A stretch of DNA of 64,000 bases from Dehalococcoidia bacterium (GTDB lineage Bacteria; Chloroflexota; Dehalococcoidia; Lucifugimonadales; UBA3495), in NCBI GenBank assembly GCA_965205495.1, contig CBDBHA010000002.1, positions 1,452,738-1,516,737 of the forward strand, written 5' to 3'. The notes below the pieces were generated by a model. It saw nothing but the letters and a program-made list of their open reading frames with translations, did no database searches and had not been told where the DNA came from. How positions within the stretch are numbered: position 1 is the stretch's first letter; the number at the start of each line of letters is the position of its first letter. Of this stretch, positions 1 through 10,071 are shown one piece after another. The position numbers and the translations under genes are program-made.

Positions 1-119
1 CGGAGCAGGTCGTACAAAAATCCTTGCCGGGAGTCGAACAACGCCCGGAGTTCCGCTTCCACCGCTTCCCGGTAAGTGTTGAATTCGGCTACCTGAGTAA
101 TTTTCTCACCCGGCTTCAG
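1..119 (-). CDS. Partial CDS (N-terminal fragment, continues past window start), function unknown
   Basis: The minus-strand frame downstream of the tsaC stop reads ...ITQVAEFNTYREAVEAELRALFDSRQGFLYDLL with no stop up to the window edge. There is no canonical ATG/GTG/TTG start (only CTG at 119 or ATT at 101), so the start is uncertain. Confidence 0.3.
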   Translation of the reverse strand, partial: MKPGEKITQVAEFNTYREAVEAELRALFDSRQGFLYDLL

Positions 120-147
120 TCGCTGTCTTTTGGGACACGGCCCTGGA

Positions 148-786
148 TTACCGTGGTGTTCCCGCTGCCCGCAAAATCTCTTGGAAGGGGATAGCACCCT
201 CCCGGATCAACCGGGGGCGATTCTCGATTATCTCCACCACAGTTGACGCGGTTCCCTGGGGTTCCGGTCCGGATTGTACGATGTAGTCAACCTCGCCGCC
301 CAGCAACTCCCAAACTGCCGTGACCGATTTCAAGTCGGGGCCTCCGCTGCGGTTGGCGCTGGTGCCTGTAATCGGGCTGCCCAACTGGCCGATTAGCTCC
401 TGGGGCACCCAATGATCTGGGCTTCGGAGTGCCACCGTGGTCCCTCCGCCAGTAACCAGGTCCGATAAGTTGGGGGCACTGGGCACAACCAGAGTCAACG
501 GCCCGGGCCAGAACAACTGCGTCAACCGTTGGGCGGCTGCGGAGACCTCCCCGGAGATCCGTTGGGCCATTTCCCAACCGTTAACCAGCACCGGTAAGGC
601 CATTCCAACCGGCCGGCCCTTGATGGCAAAAACCTTGCCCAACGCGACCTCGTCGAACACCGAAGCGCCCAAGCCATAGAGGGTGTCGGTTGGCAAAACG
701 ATAACGCCCCCGGACCGCAAAGCCAAAAGGGCCCGATTCAGGTCCTGGGACCTCTCTGGGGTGGTTATTTCTTGATGCTGTGCCAC
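148..786 (-). CDS. tsaC: L-threonylcarbamoyladenylate synthase, YrdC/TsaC/Sua5 family
   Basis: The 212-aa ORF carries YrdC-domain signatures (VIVLPTDTLYGLG, AIKGRP, SANRSG). GTG start. Family recalled, not searched. Confidence 0.85.
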   Translation of the reverse strand: MAQHQEITTPERSQDLNRALLALRSGGVIVLPTDTLYGLGASVFDEVALGKVFAIKGRPVGMALPVLVNGWEMAQRISGEVSAAAQRLTQLFWPGPLTLVVPSAPNLSDLVTGGGTTVALRSPDHWVPQELIGQLGSPITGTSANRSGGPDLKSVTAVWELLGGEVDYIVQSGPEPQGTASTVVEIIENRPRLIREGAIPFQEILRAAGTPR

Positions 787-917
787 GCTTGTGTTACCGG
801 TGAGAGTTTAGCACGGACGGGGGACCGGGTCGATATTGGCGGTTGACGGTGTTGGGGGCGGGACTTACACTCGCTGGAGTTTTCAGAATTGGCGTTGCCG
901 GAGCGTTGAGGCAAATC

Positions 918-1340
918 ATGGTTTCATCGATTGACCCGGAAAGGATGCGGTTGAGCAACTCTGGGACCGAGGGAGTATTGGTGGGGTTCCGGTGCGGGGA
1001 TTGCGGGGTACGGGTTTTTGGGCCGGCGACCTTTTGCCAGGCCTGTACCTCGGGAAATCTGACCCAGGTAGAGTTTGGAACAACCGGAAAGTTATTCAGT
1101 TTTACCGTGGTGCGGGTGCCGCCGGCGGGGTGGACCGGGCCGGTGCCTTACATGTTAGGGGAAGTGGAACTGGAGGAAGGGCCCCATGTTTTGGCCGAGG
1201 TCGTCGACGCTGGGGAGGCCGAGTTGGCGATGGGAATGAGCATGGAGCTAAGCTGGCAGGTGGTAACCTCCGGCGGAGAAGAAAAAGCCGTCTACAAATG
1301 GCGGCCTGCCGGGGATACGGCCGACGGGAAGGGGGAATAA
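918..1340 (+). CDS. DUF35-type OB-fold / zinc-ribbon acyl-CoA-associated protein
   Basis: CGDCG...CQAC zinc ribbon followed by an OB-fold-like segment. The ATG at 918 has a GAGG 6 nt upstream, whereas the track ORF starts at 843. Its TAA stop overlaps the ATG of the next gene (ATAATG). Confidence 0.75.
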   Translation: MVSSIDPERMRLSNSGTEGVLVGFRCGDCGVRVFGPATFCQACTSGNLTQVEFGTTGKLFSFTVVRVPPAGWTGPVPYMLGEVELEEGPHVLAEVVDAGEAELAMGMSMELSWQVVTSGGEEKAVYKWRPAGDTADGKGE

Positions 1341-2491
1341 TGCCGATGCGTCCGGGGCGGGAAGTCATGGTAGCGGGGGTGGGGTTGCACCCCTTTGGGC
1401 GGTTTCCCAGTGAGGACCTGGCGGGGATGGCCCGGGTGTCAGTACTGGAGGCATTGAAGGATGCGGGGGTCGCGTGGAAAGACATTCCGGTGGCATATTT
1501 TGGACACGTCTATTACCACGGCATGTCACTGGGGGAAACGGCCCTGAGCAAGCTGGGGCTGACCGGGATTCCGATTATCAACGTAGAGAATGCGTGTTCC
1601 AGCGGGTCGACCGCCTTTTGGCAGGCCTACTGGGGGATAACCTCGGGGATTTTCGACTTGGCGTTGGCCTTTGGGGCCGAAAAGGTACCCAGCGGACCGG
1701 TGACCGTGACCGGGGAGGACAGTCCGGAGCGGTACATTGGCGGGGACCACATGATGGCTGGATATGCGCTTCGGATGCGCCGCTACATGGAGGACACGGG
1801 GGCGCCGGCTACGGCTTTGGCGCAAGTGTCCGTGAAAGCGCGGCAAAACGCTTCGTTGAATCCTTACGCCCACCGCCCGCAGACCTACACGGTGGAAGAG
1901 GTGCTAAACTCGCGGCTGGTGGCGGACCCGCTGACGTTGTTTCAATGCTGTCCTACCAGCGAGGGAGCGGCGGCGGCGGTTTTGTGCGCCGAAGAAGCTT
2001 TGGACCGGTACGGCGTTGACCGGCGCCGGTCGGTGCGGATAGCGGCGGCTTGCCTGACGTCGGGGAACTACAACGGGCGGGGGAGCGACCATTCGGCGTT
2101 CAGCCCCTACCGGACCGAACCGGCGGCGTTGCAGGCCTACGAGATGAGCGGATTGGGGCCGGAGGACGTGGATCTGGTGCAGGTTCATGACGCGGCAACC
2201 ATTGGGGAATTGCAGCAACTGGAGGCTTTACATCTTGCGGCCTTCGGAGAGGGTTGGCGGGCGACGGTGGAAGGGCGGACGGCGTTGACCGGGGACATTC
2301 CCACCAACACCGACGGGGGGCTGCTGGCCATGGGCCACCCCTTTGGAGCAACGGGGATTCGGATGATTCACGAAACGGTGACCCAGCTACGGCAGGAAGC
2401 GGGGCCCCGGCAGGTGGCGCGTGCCCGGGTGGGCGTGGCGCAGTGCTCCGGAGCCGGGGACGTCACCACCGTCCACATTCTGACCAAGTAA
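1340..2491 (+). CDS. Thiolase-like protein (SCP-x / non-specific lipid-transfer-type thiolase), partner of the DUF35 protein
   Basis: Internal start MPMRPGREVMVAGVG within track ORF 992..2491. The NVENACSSGS active-site Cys region and C-terminal GHPFGATG are typical of thiolases. The N-terminal 116 aa of the track ORF are Arg/Gly-rich junk overlapping the DUF35 gene. Confidence 0.85.
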   Translation: MPMRPGREVMVAGVGLHPFGRFPSEDLAGMARVSVLEALKDAGVAWKDIPVAYFGHVYYHGMSLGETALSKLGLTGIPIINVENACSSGSTAFWQAYWGITSGIFDLALAFGAEKVPSGPVTVTGEDSPERYIGGDHMMAGYALRMRRYMEDTGAPATALAQVSVKARQNASLNPYAHRPQTYTVEEVLNSRLVADPLTLFQCCPTSEGAAAAVLCAEEALDRYGVDRRRSVRIAAACLTSGNYNGRGSDHSAFSPYRTEPAALQAYEMSGLGPEDVDLVQVHDAATIGELQQLEALHLAAFGEGWRATVEGRTALTGDIPTNTDGGLLAMGHPFGATGIRMIHETVTQLRQEAGPRQVARARVGVAQCSGAGDVTTVHILTK

Positions 2492-2515
2492 TCTCAAGCC
2501 GGGGACGGACGGCCG

Positions 2516-2788
2516 ATGGCAAATTACATTGTGCTCGCCGCCATGAAGGGCAGGTTTGTTTCCCAGCAGGGGAACTATTACGATAATTTCCAGATGATGG
2601 GGTATGTGGAGGCTGGAGACGCGCGGGACGCCGTGACCTATTTCTTTGACCAGTCGCCCTTTCCAATCCAGTGGGGGGATGTGGAGTACCTGTGGGCGGA
2701 GGAGCTGACGGCGAACCCGCAGAACGGGCACCACGGGGAGTACCAACGGGTGTACGTTGAGCACCTTCGGGAGCGGTGGGACCGGTAA
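2516..2788 (+). CDS. Hypothetical 90-aa protein
   Basis: Compact ORF directly after the thiolase, with protein-like composition. No family recognised. Confidence 0.5.
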   Translation: MANYIVLAAMKGRFVSQQGNYYDNFQMMGYVEAGDARDAVTYFFDQSPFPIQWGDVEYLWAEELTANPQNGHHGEYQRVYVEHLRERWDR

Positions 2789-2822
2789 AACCGGCCCCAC
2801 GCATCCGAAAAGAGGAGCCGGG

Positions 2823-3605
2823 TTAAAAGCCGGCTGCGTAGTCCCTGAGCTGGGAGAAGTCGGCGCGAAAGCCTTCAATGAAGGCCCGGCGGTCGGTGCC
2901 GTGGAGAACGAACCGGGCCCCCTGTTCAATCCAATATTTGGAGAGGTCGGGGGACTGGTGGTGTACCAGGACGGGTATGCCGTGGGCTTCCGAGGTGTCG
3001 ATGACCTTTTTGACGGTAGTCTGGTAAATTTCCTCGCCGTACATATCAGGGACACCCAGTTGGATGCTCATGTCGTTGGGACCGACGAAGATGCCGTCGA
3101 TGCCGGGGACCTGAAGAATGGCTTCCAGGTTGTTGACGGCGGCTACGCTTTCGATGCCGATGATGGCGATGTTATTCTTGTTGCGTTCTTCCAGGTATTT
3201 CTTGGTATCTGGGGAAATGTGTTCCCCGCCGTCCATTATGCGGACGACGGCATCACCCTTTAAGGGGCGCCACTTGGTGGCGGCGACAACACTTTTGACC
3301 TGTTCCACGGACTCGCAGTACGGGGCCAGAACCCCTTGGGCGCCAGCGTCGAGGGCCATGGTAACGTAGTGGGAATCAGGGATGGGGATGCGGACGATGG
3401 GCACGACGCCGGTGGTATTGAACATGGCGAGGAAGTCGCCCAACTCGCCTCGGCTCCGGGAGTTATGCTCGGTATCGATAACGGCGTAATCGAGACCGAC
3501 GCCGTCCATGAAGGGAATCCACTTGGGGTTTCGGCTGACACTAATCATCGTGCCGAAGACCCTGCCGCCTGACTGCAAGACCGCCTTTAGCTCCGCACCG
3601 TTCAT
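2823..3605 (-). CDS. HpcH/HpaI-family aldolase (2-keto-3-deoxy-acid aldolase-like)
   Basis: Start refined to MNGAELK (ATG 3605). VIDTEH, IVRIP and FVGPNDMS motifs fit the HpcH/HpaI class II aldolase fold. The upstream 104 aa of the track ORF are low-complexity. Confidence 0.8.
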   Translation of the reverse strand: MNGAELKAVLQSGGRVFGTMISVSRNPKWIPFMDGVGLDYAVIDTEHNSRSRGELGDFLAMFNTTGVVPIVRIPIPDSHYVTMALDAGAQGVLAPYCESVEQVKSVVAATKWRPLKGDAVVRIMDGGEHISPDTKKYLEERNKNNIAIIGIESVAAVNNLEAILQVPGIDGIFVGPNDMSIQLGVPDMYGEEIYQTTVKKVIDTSEAHGIPVLVHHQSPDLSKYWIEQGARFVLHGTDRRAFIEGFRADFSQLRDYAAGF

Positions 3606-3846
3606 TTTTGCTGCGCTCCTTGTGATTGGGGATGATTGGGGGTTGTTAATCAGGGTCAGTATAGCATCGGCTTTTGTTTGGTTTTGTTTGGGGAGAAGAA
3701 ACGGCGGGCGGTGGGCTTGGGGTGAGCGGGTGGCCCTGACTGCGGTCAACGAAGGGGCTTGGGCCAAAGGGAACGGAATAAACCGGCGGCGGGTTGTTAT
3801 ACTGGCCTGGAGATTGACGGAATACGATCCCGCGAAACGGAGGGCA

Positions 3847-5010
3847 ATGCCTAGCACATCGATCATCAGCAGCCAGGTTGCTTGGGACGCTGCGGCGGGC
3901 CGGTTGGCCACAGCCAAGGAACTTGCGGTGGATACGGAATCAAACAGTCTTTATGTCTACCGGGAACGGACTTGTTTGATCCAACTTGCGTCGGTTGACG
4001 AGGCGGTGGTGTTGGACCCGCTAGCAGTGGGGAACCTGGAGAGGTTGGGGGAGATGCTGGCAGATCCGGGGATGGTCAAGGTGCTGCACGGTTCGGACTA
4101 CGACCTGCGGTCCCTAGACCGTGATTATGGGTTCCAGATTAGTCCGCTGTTCGACACCCAGATAGGTGCACGGTTTTTGGGATGTGCCCGGCCCAATCTG
4201 GGGGAGGTGTTGGAGACGTACCTGGGGGTGGGGATACCCAAGAGCAGGCGGCTACAGCGATGCGACTGGGGGCGGAGGCCGTTGACCGACGAGGCGGTAG
4301 AGTACGCCCGGAACGACGTAGAGTTCCTGGTGGGTCTGGGGGTCGAGTTGAGAAGGCTGCTGGAAGAGGCGGGAAGATTGGAGTGGGTGGACGAGGAGTG
4401 CGGGCGGTTGGAACAGGTGCGGTACTCGGCCCCAGAACCGGCGGAGACGGCGTTCCTGGGAGTCAAGGGCAGCCGGGGGTTGGACTCCCGGGAGTTGGGG
4501 GTATTAAAGGAGTTGTACCTTTGGCGGGAAGACCGGGCGCGGCGGGAGAACGTACCCAGTTTCCGGGTGGCGGTCAACGACGACCTGATTGCAGCGAGCC
4601 GGGCCGCAGTGGAAATAGGGGCCGGAAGCCGGAGATTGGGCGCGGTATTGGGGGAGGAAGCCCCCGGGTTGGCGCGGCAGTTGCAAGGCGGGGGAAGCGA
4701 GGAGATTTCGGCCGCGGTGGAGCGGGGGCTGAGAGAAGGACCGGTGGAAAGGCCGGACCGGACGCCCCGGGGGAACCCGTGGGGTGCCGAGACCAGGAAA
4801 CGGTTGGCCGACCTGAAACGGGTGCGTACCCAAATAGGGACCGACTTGGGGTTGGATCCGGCTTTGATTTGGCCGGCGGCGAGTCTGGAACGGATGGCTT
4901 TAGCGCCGGAGGGCTTTCAAGAGGAGATAGATGGTTCGGCGGATGTCCGGGCCTGGCAACGCCGCAAGTTCAGCCACCGTTGGGCCGAAGCCCTGGGCTC
5001 CGGGTGGTAG
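3847..5010 (+). CDS. rnd: Ribonuclease D (DEDDy 3'-5' exonuclease + HRDC)
   Basis: Start refined to MPSTS (ATG 3847). Exo motifs are AVDTES, HGSDYDL and YARNDVEF, followed by an HRDC-like segment (LYLWREDRARRENVP). Confidence 0.85.
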   Translation: MPSTSIISSQVAWDAAAGRLATAKELAVDTESNSLYVYRERTCLIQLASVDEAVVLDPLAVGNLERLGEMLADPGMVKVLHGSDYDLRSLDRDYGFQISPLFDTQIGARFLGCARPNLGEVLETYLGVGIPKSRRLQRCDWGRRPLTDEAVEYARNDVEFLVGLGVELRRLLEEAGRLEWVDEECGRLEQVRYSAPEPAETAFLGVKGSRGLDSRELGVLKELYLWREDRARRENVPSFRVAVNDDLIAASRAAVEIGAGSRRLGAVLGEEAPGLARQLQGGGSEEISAAVERGLREGPVERPDRTPRGNPWGAETRKRLADLKRVRTQIGTDLGLDPALIWPAASLERMALAPEGFQEEIDGSADVRAWQRRKFSHRWAEALGSGW

Positions 5011-5062
5011 GAACCGGGGCGATGCGGCGGGGCCCAGGGCGGAAGCTTTATGAGTGGGGAGG

Positions 5063-6175
5063 CTAGGAGCCGAAGGTTACGACCTGCTGACAGAATCGGG
5101 CGGTATTGACCAAGTCGGGGATGACCACGTATTCGTCGACAGTGTGCATAGCGTTGGTGGACATGCCGACCACGACGTTGGCGATACCGTTGAGGCGGAA
5201 GACGTTGCCGTCGGTGCCGCCGCCGGAGGGTCGGATATCCGGGTTCATGCCCATTTCGGTCATTACCCGGGTGGCCAGCTTAACGATGGACTCTTCCGGG
5301 TCCAAGTTGTACATGCGGAACATGACTTCCAAGTCCTCGTCGATGGTGGCGCCCGAGTATTTTTGGCGGGTTTGTTCCAGGGTGTCCAGGAATTGAAGGC
5401 GGAGAAGGTCGAAGGTCTCGGAATTTCGGCTGCGGAACTCGCCGCCGAAGGTGGCCAGGGGCGGGACGGCGTTGCGGACCGTTCCACCGGAAATGAGGCC
5501 CACGTTGAAGGTGCTCTCTTCGTCCAGGCGTCCCTGGGGGAGCTGGTTGATGATGTCGGTGGCGATGCGGATGGCGGAAAGGCCTTTTTCGGGTTCGACA
5601 CCGGCGTGGGCAGCGCGGCCATGGACCGTGACGTCGAAGCGCATATAGGTTGGGCTGGAGCCGGTGATGGTATTGACCGGGCCGTTGCCATCGAAGACCA
5701 CGGCTTCGGTGGCTTTAATCATGGACCAGTCGAGATTGGAAGCACCGACCAAGCCGATTTCCTCGCCCCGGGTGAAGACCACCTGGACCGGGCGATGGGC
5801 CCGGCTGTCTTCCATGATGGAGGACAGGCCTTCCATGATGGCGGCCACGCCGGCCTTGCAGTCGCCGCCGAGGATGGTGGTGCCGTCTGAAACGATGCGG
5901 TCGCCCTGGATGGAGGGTTTGATGCCCCGGCCGGGTTCGACGGTATCCATGTGGGCGGACAGGAGGAGGGGGTTATCGCCGGACTCGGAAGCGATGACGT
6001 TGCCGTGGGCATCGCGGGCAACGGACAAGCCGAGGGCTTCCAATTGGGGGATGAGGTGTTGGGCGACTTCCTCTTCTTCGTCCGAAGGGCTGTCGATTTG
6101 AACCAAATCACAGAAGGAATTTATCAATCGGTCCTGGTCAATCACGGCACGCTCCTGGGAAGGTTTTGGGGGCAT
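5063..6175 (-). CDS. M20/M25/M40 metallopeptidase (peptidase T-like)
   Basis: Metal-ligand motifs are SAHMDTV, GGDCKAG and TRGEEIGLVG, with a C-terminal GGGTDGN. Confidence 0.85.
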   Translation of the reverse strand: MPPKPSQERAVIDQDRLINSFCDLVQIDSPSDEEEEVAQHLIPQLEALGLSVARDAHGNVIASESGDNPLLLSAHMDTVEPGRGIKPSIQGDRIVSDGTTILGGDCKAGVAAIMEGLSSIMEDSRAHRPVQVVFTRGEEIGLVGASNLDWSMIKATEAVVFDGNGPVNTITGSSPTYMRFDVTVHGRAAHAGVEPEKGLSAIRIATDIINQLPQGRLDEESTFNVGLISGGTVRNAVPPLATFGGEFRSRNSETFDLLRLQFLDTLEQTRQKYSGATIDEDLEVMFRMYNLDPEESIVKLATRVMTEMGMNPDIRPSGGGTDGNVFRLNGIANVVVGMSTNAMHTVDEYVVIPDLVNTARFCQQVVTFGS

Positions 6176-6248
6176 TATAGCGCACCGGTGGAAACGTGGT
6201 CCGATGATGAGGAGCCAAAAGAAAACCGGGTGGCGGGGTGGGAAGCTT

Positions 6249-6325
6249 TGGTAGCGCGTGCGGGATTCGAACCCGCGATCTCCGCCTTGAGAGGGCGGTG
6301 TCCTGGGCCGCTAGACGAACGCGCC
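6249..6325 (-). tRNA. tRNA-Glu (anticodon CUC), CCA encoded
   Basis: The reverse complement reads GGCGCGTTCGTCTAGCGGCCCAGGACACCGCCCTCTCAAGGCGGAGATCGCGGGTTCGAATCCCGCACGCGCTACCA. Cloverleaf folded by eye: T arm GCGGG/CCCGC with a TTCGAAT loop, and anticodon loop CTCTCAA. Confidence 0.9.
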
Positions 6326-6486
6326 ACCTAGAGAGGCCAGCCCACGGCCCAATTAACGGACTGGCCGAGCGAGTATACCAGCGGGGGGAAGAAGTTGTAA
6401 ATCCGGAAAGCGCCGGTGGTTGGGATACCATGGATGGGAGAAACCCTTCCAACTGATTGAACCGAGAAGGGCAGGAGACGTAAAGA

Positions 6487-7494
6487 TTGGACATCGGGAA
6501 ATTTCCAGCGGAGCTCTTGGGAAGGTTGTTGGGGAAAAATGCGGTGGTGGACCCGCGGGTGTTGGTGGGTCCAAAGATTGGGGAAGACGCCGCGGTCATG
6601 GACATGGGGGAGAAGTTATTGGTGGCCAAGAGCGATCCGGTGACCTTTGCCGCTGACGCCATTGGGTGGTACGCGGTGCAGGTCAATGCCAACGACGTGG
6701 CGTGTACCGGCGGCATACCCAAGTGGTTCCTGGCAACGCTGCTGGTACCAGAGCGGTTTTCGGAAGCAGAAGCTGAGGAAATCTTCGACCAGGTATTGGA
6801 GGCTTGCCGGGAGTTGGATGTTTCGTTGGTGGGGGGACACAGCGAGGTGACCTACGGGATTGACCGGCCGATGGTGCTGGGGACCATGTTGGGGGAAGTG
6901 GAACGGGACCGGCTGGTGCACACGGGAGGAGCGCAGGAAGGGGACAGCATTGTCTTGACCAAGGGGATTGCGATTGAGGGGGCTGCCTTGCTGGCCAGGG
7001 ATTTTTCGGGCGAGTTGCAAAGGGCGGGAGTCGCGGAGAGGGTAATCGGACAGGCCAGGGAATACCTGCGTACTCCCGGTATTAGTGTAATGAACGATGC
7101 CAGGTTGGCGTTGGAAACGGTAACGGTACACTCGTTACACGACCCGACGGAGGGCGGGTTGGTCACGGGGCTGGGAGAGGTCGCCCAAGCGTCGGGGTTG
7201 GGGCTGGCCATCGAGGAGGGAAGTGTACCGGTACTCCCTGAGTGTAAAACGATTTGCGACGGGTTGGGGTTGGACCCGCTGGGGTTGCTGGCGTCGGGAG
7301 CGTTGTTGATTACTCTGGCGGCCAACGAAGTACCGAAGTTGCTGTTGGCCCTGGAACGGGAGGGGTTAACCGGGTGGGAGATTGGGCAGATGCTGGCCCC
7401 GGAGGAAGGGTTGATAATGATCGGGTACGAGGGGGAAGTCCCATTGCCAACGTTCCCCCGGGACGAAATGGCGCGTTTCCTGGCGGGGCTTTAA
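6487..7494 (+). CDS. AIR-synthase-related (PurM-superfamily, HypE/ThiL-like) protein
   Basis: GEDAAV...SDP...NDVACTGG...GGHSE pattern of the PurM superfamily. TTG start. It lacks the N-terminal Cys/Sec-Lys loop of SelD. Confidence 0.75.
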   Translation: MDIGKFPAELLGRLLGKNAVVDPRVLVGPKIGEDAAVMDMGEKLLVAKSDPVTFAADAIGWYAVQVNANDVACTGGIPKWFLATLLVPERFSEAEAEEIFDQVLEACRELDVSLVGGHSEVTYGIDRPMVLGTMLGEVERDRLVHTGGAQEGDSIVLTKGIAIEGAALLARDFSGELQRAGVAERVIGQAREYLRTPGISVMNDARLALETVTVHSLHDPTEGGLVTGLGEVAQASGLGLAIEEGSVPVLPECKTICDGLGLDPLGLLASGALLITLAANEVPKLLLALEREGLTGWEIGQMLAPEEGLIMIGYEGEVPLPTFPRDEMARFLAGL

Positions 7495-7510
7495 CGACCG
7501 AAACCGAACG

Positions 7511-8482
7511 CTAGCCTGAAGCCTGGTACACAGATGCTGCGTCCTGCAACTGGGTGAGTGTAACGTTGGCGCCGCTGACCACAATCGCTACCTTTTTGCC
7601 TTTAATTTGGTCTTTTATCTTGATGGCTCCGGCGGTGGCACAGGCTCCGGCGCCTTCGGACAGGGTATGGGCCTTTTCGATTAACAGTGCCATGGCGCAA
7701 CGAATTTCATCGTCGCTGACCAGTATAAAGTCGTCCAAGCGGTGGCGGAGAATCTCCTGGGGAAGTTGGTACCCGCCGGCGGTAGCGATGCCTTCGGCGA
7801 TGGTATTCATGGGGGCTTGGACCAACTGGCCCTGGGCCCAGGAAAGGTAACCCGCCGGGGCGGCCTCGGACTGGACGGCTATGACCTGAATAGCAGGGTC
7901 GACGGCCTTGGCGACGATGCAGGCGCCGGCGGTCCCGCTGCCGCCACCCAAGGGGACGAAGATGGCGTCCACCTGGGGAAGGTCCTCGATGATTTCCAGG
8001 GTCCCGGTCGCGACACCGGCGATGAGCAGCGGCTCATTGGAAGGGTGGACGTATCGGTACCCTTCTTCGCCGGCGAGGCGTTCGGCGTGGGCGCGGGCTT
8101 CGTCGTACATGGCCCCGTGAAAGACCAACTCCGCGCCGAGGGCTTCCATGGCGGCGACTTTCAATGGGTTGGCGCCATGGGGAAGGGCGATGAAGGCGCG
8201 GGCACCAAAGATGCGGCACGCGCTGGCGATGGACTGCCCGTGATTGCCGGTGGAGGCGGTGATTACACCGCGGGCGCGTTCCTCCGGAGTCAGGTTGGCC
8301 AGAAAGTTGATCCCGCCGCGCTGCTTGAAGGCGCCCAAGGGGTGGTACTCCTCGTGTTTTAAGTACACTTCCGCCTCCAGAAGCCGGCTTAGACCCGCCG
8401 AGTAGTGGAGGGGAGTGCGGGGAAGGTATTGGGCAATCAACTTTTTGGCGGCGTAGACGTCGCGAAGAGTGGGTTCCTGCAT
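7511..8482 (-). CDS. PLP-dependent threonine/serine dehydratase family protein
   Basis: Motifs are the FKQRG PLP-lysine motif, STGNHGQ and the GGGSG loop. Confidence 0.85.
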   Translation of the reverse strand: MQEPTLRDVYAAKKLIAQYLPRTPLHYSAGLSRLLEAEVYLKHEEYHPLGAFKQRGGINFLANLTPEERARGVITASTGNHGQSIASACRIFGARAFIALPHGANPLKVAAMEALGAELVFHGAMYDEARAHAERLAGEEGYRYVHPSNEPLLIAGVATGTLEIIEDLPQVDAIFVPLGGGSGTAGACIVAKAVDPAIQVIAVQSEAAPAGYLSWAQGQLVQAPMNTIAEGIATAGGYQLPQEILRHRLDDFILVSDDEIRCAMALLIEKAHTLSEGAGACATAGAIKIKDQIKGKKVAIVVSGANVTLTQLQDAASVYQASG

Positions 8483-8596
8483 AGATTAGCCTGTCACCTG
8501 TCTGTAATTTCGAGGACTTGAGCGCTCGGGCGGCCCCGGGCAGGTTGTCCGCCTAAAGAATAAACGGGCGTATGGGGGTAGCCGGAATCGGTGGGA

Positions 8597-9247
8597 TTAG
8601 TCGGGTTTCGCGAGTTCGTCCTGGACTTTGGTTGAGGCGTCCTTGGTTGCGCGCTTATTCATTATAAAGAAAACGGCGACGGCGACAATTGTCAACAAAG
8701 CGGCTACACCTGCGGTTAGGACCTCAAAGTTAGTCCCCAAGTACCGCTCGACGTACCGCTCGACGGCACGGCCAAAGACGATGATCAACCCGGCGATGAA
8801 AAAGAACCGGACGCCGCGGCCGATGAGGGAAAAGAGCAGGAAGGGGCGGCGGTCCATTTCGAGGACTCCGGCGGTAATGGCGAAGACCTTATAGGGAACC
8901 GGAGTAATGGCGGCGACCAGAATGGCCCAAGGTCCGTAACGTTGGAACAGCGTTTCCACCCGGGCAATCTTTTCTGCGCTCAAGAACCTGAGCAATAGAG
9001 GATGGCCCAACCTTTGACCCATCCAATGGCCGAGGAGGGCTCCGGCGACAGAGGACAGGGTGGCAACTGCGGCGTACAAAAAGGCGAGTTCGGGCCGCAG
9101 GAAGGACATGGGAACGATTAGGGGATCAACGGGGATCGGATTGAAGATGGACTCGGTGAAGGAATGCAACGCCAAAACCAGGACGGCCCAGGGGGTACCG
9201 GCGAAGTCGGCAATCCAGTGAGAGAGGTTTGAAAGGACTTCAATCAT
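8597..9247 (-). CDS. DedA/YqaA-family (SNARE-associated) membrane protein
   Basis: Multi-pass hydrophobic protein with a YqaA-like N-terminus (ESIFNPIPVDP) and a RYGPWAILVAAITPVPYK segment. Confidence 0.75.
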   Translation of the reverse strand: MIEVLSNLSHWIADFAGTPWAVLVLALHSFTESIFNPIPVDPLIVPMSFLRPELAFLYAAVATLSSVAGALLGHWMGQRLGHPLLLRFLSAEKIARVETLFQRYGPWAILVAAITPVPYKVFAITAGVLEMDRRPFLLFSLIGRGVRFFFIAGLIIVFGRAVERYVERYLGTNFEVLTAGVAALLTIVAVAVFFIMNKRATKDASTKVQDELAKPD

Positions 9248-9973
9248 GCTTTGGGGGTCACGGGGGAAGAACGGAAGTAGGGGACTGGGGGAAGAGTAGA
9301 GCTGGCCAGGAGCAGCGGCAGTGCGCCAGTTTTAGATGAGAAAAGGGGTAGCGACGGGTAGTCGGTTACCTGGTACACCGCTACATTCCGTTTCGCGTTA
9401 GTCAATTGCATTACATTCCCTGAGTGTTGTGGGGTTGTCCGGTGGGATGGTAACTGCGACATATAAAGAAACTGTGAGGCTCCCGGTGGTTTTAGCCGCA
9501 GGAAATCCGGAAGAGGCCAGCGGAAATACGGGTTGCCAGGGACAGCAACTGGCCAGAAACGTTTTTTCGCGTAACCGATGGTCGGGCCGGTTTTGAAAAT
9601 GCCGGCGGACCGTATGGGACGGAACCATATTGAAGGAAATGTGCCGGAAAAACAATTCCACCCAGGATTAGCGTTGACGGGGATGGCTGGAGGAATCGGG
9701 CAAAACGCTCAATAGAAGGCTCCGTTCGCTGCGCCGACGGTTAGTTTACGGCAGTTCACACACGGACCGGTAGCAGTTTTTCCCAGAAAGGCCAGGACCA
9801 TCTACACCAGGAGCCGTTAAACCGGCCATTTCGCAGTTCCAAGGGAGCCAAGGAACCCTCCAACCTGGAAAACCGCTGTGCGGGCGATTGTGGGGCATTA
9901 GTTAGGTTTGTGCTTGCGTTCTCCATGTTCTAAACTTTTCTTAAACTTTTTTAAATACTTTTCGGACTATGTA

Positions 9974-10002
9974 TTGACAAAATCAAGAACCCGTGTTAAT
10001 GT
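9974..10002 (+). promoter_or_regulatory. Sigma70-type promoter TTGACA-17-TAATGT with an A/T-rich UP-like tract upstream
   Basis: TTGACA at 9974-9979, an exact 17-nt spacer, and TAATGT at 9997-10002. The preceding 50 nt are A/T-rich (cttttcttaaacttttttaaatactttt). It lies about 70 nt upstream of the HTH ORF. Confidence 0.6.
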
Positions 10003-10071
10003 ACTCGCCAACAAAGAAGTTGCCAACCCCAACTGGGTACACCATCAACCCATTGACTGGAGGAAAGAGAA

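Noticed and set aside
2823-3917. Long N-terminal extensions in several track ORFs: 2823..3917, 3508..5010, 992..2491, 12241..14055, 44775..46526, 59155..60393, 41895..43865, 57053..57703 and 60260..61240.
   Set aside because: - The family-like sequence starts at an internal Met/Val/Leu with a better RBS.
- The upstream parts are Pro/Arg/Ser-rich, overlap neighbouring genes, or cross intergenic repeats.
- Starts were trimmed accordingly, and some remain uncertain.
6487-7494. PurM-superfamily gene considered as selenophosphate synthetase (SelD), given the nearby tRNA-Sec-like gene.
   Set aside because: - The N-terminus (MDIGKFPAELLGRLLGK...) lacks the Gly-rich loop with the Cys/Sec-x-x-Lys motif characteristic of SelD.
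- It resembles the AIR-synthase-related/HypE-like branch instead.
9244-9661. ORFs 9244..9462(-) and 9398..9661(-) in the gene-free stretch upstream of the HTH gene.
   Set aside because: - Neither has a Shine-Dalgarno sequence.
- Composition is odd, with no recognisable motifs.
- They overlap each other.
- They were left as non-coding pending transcript data.
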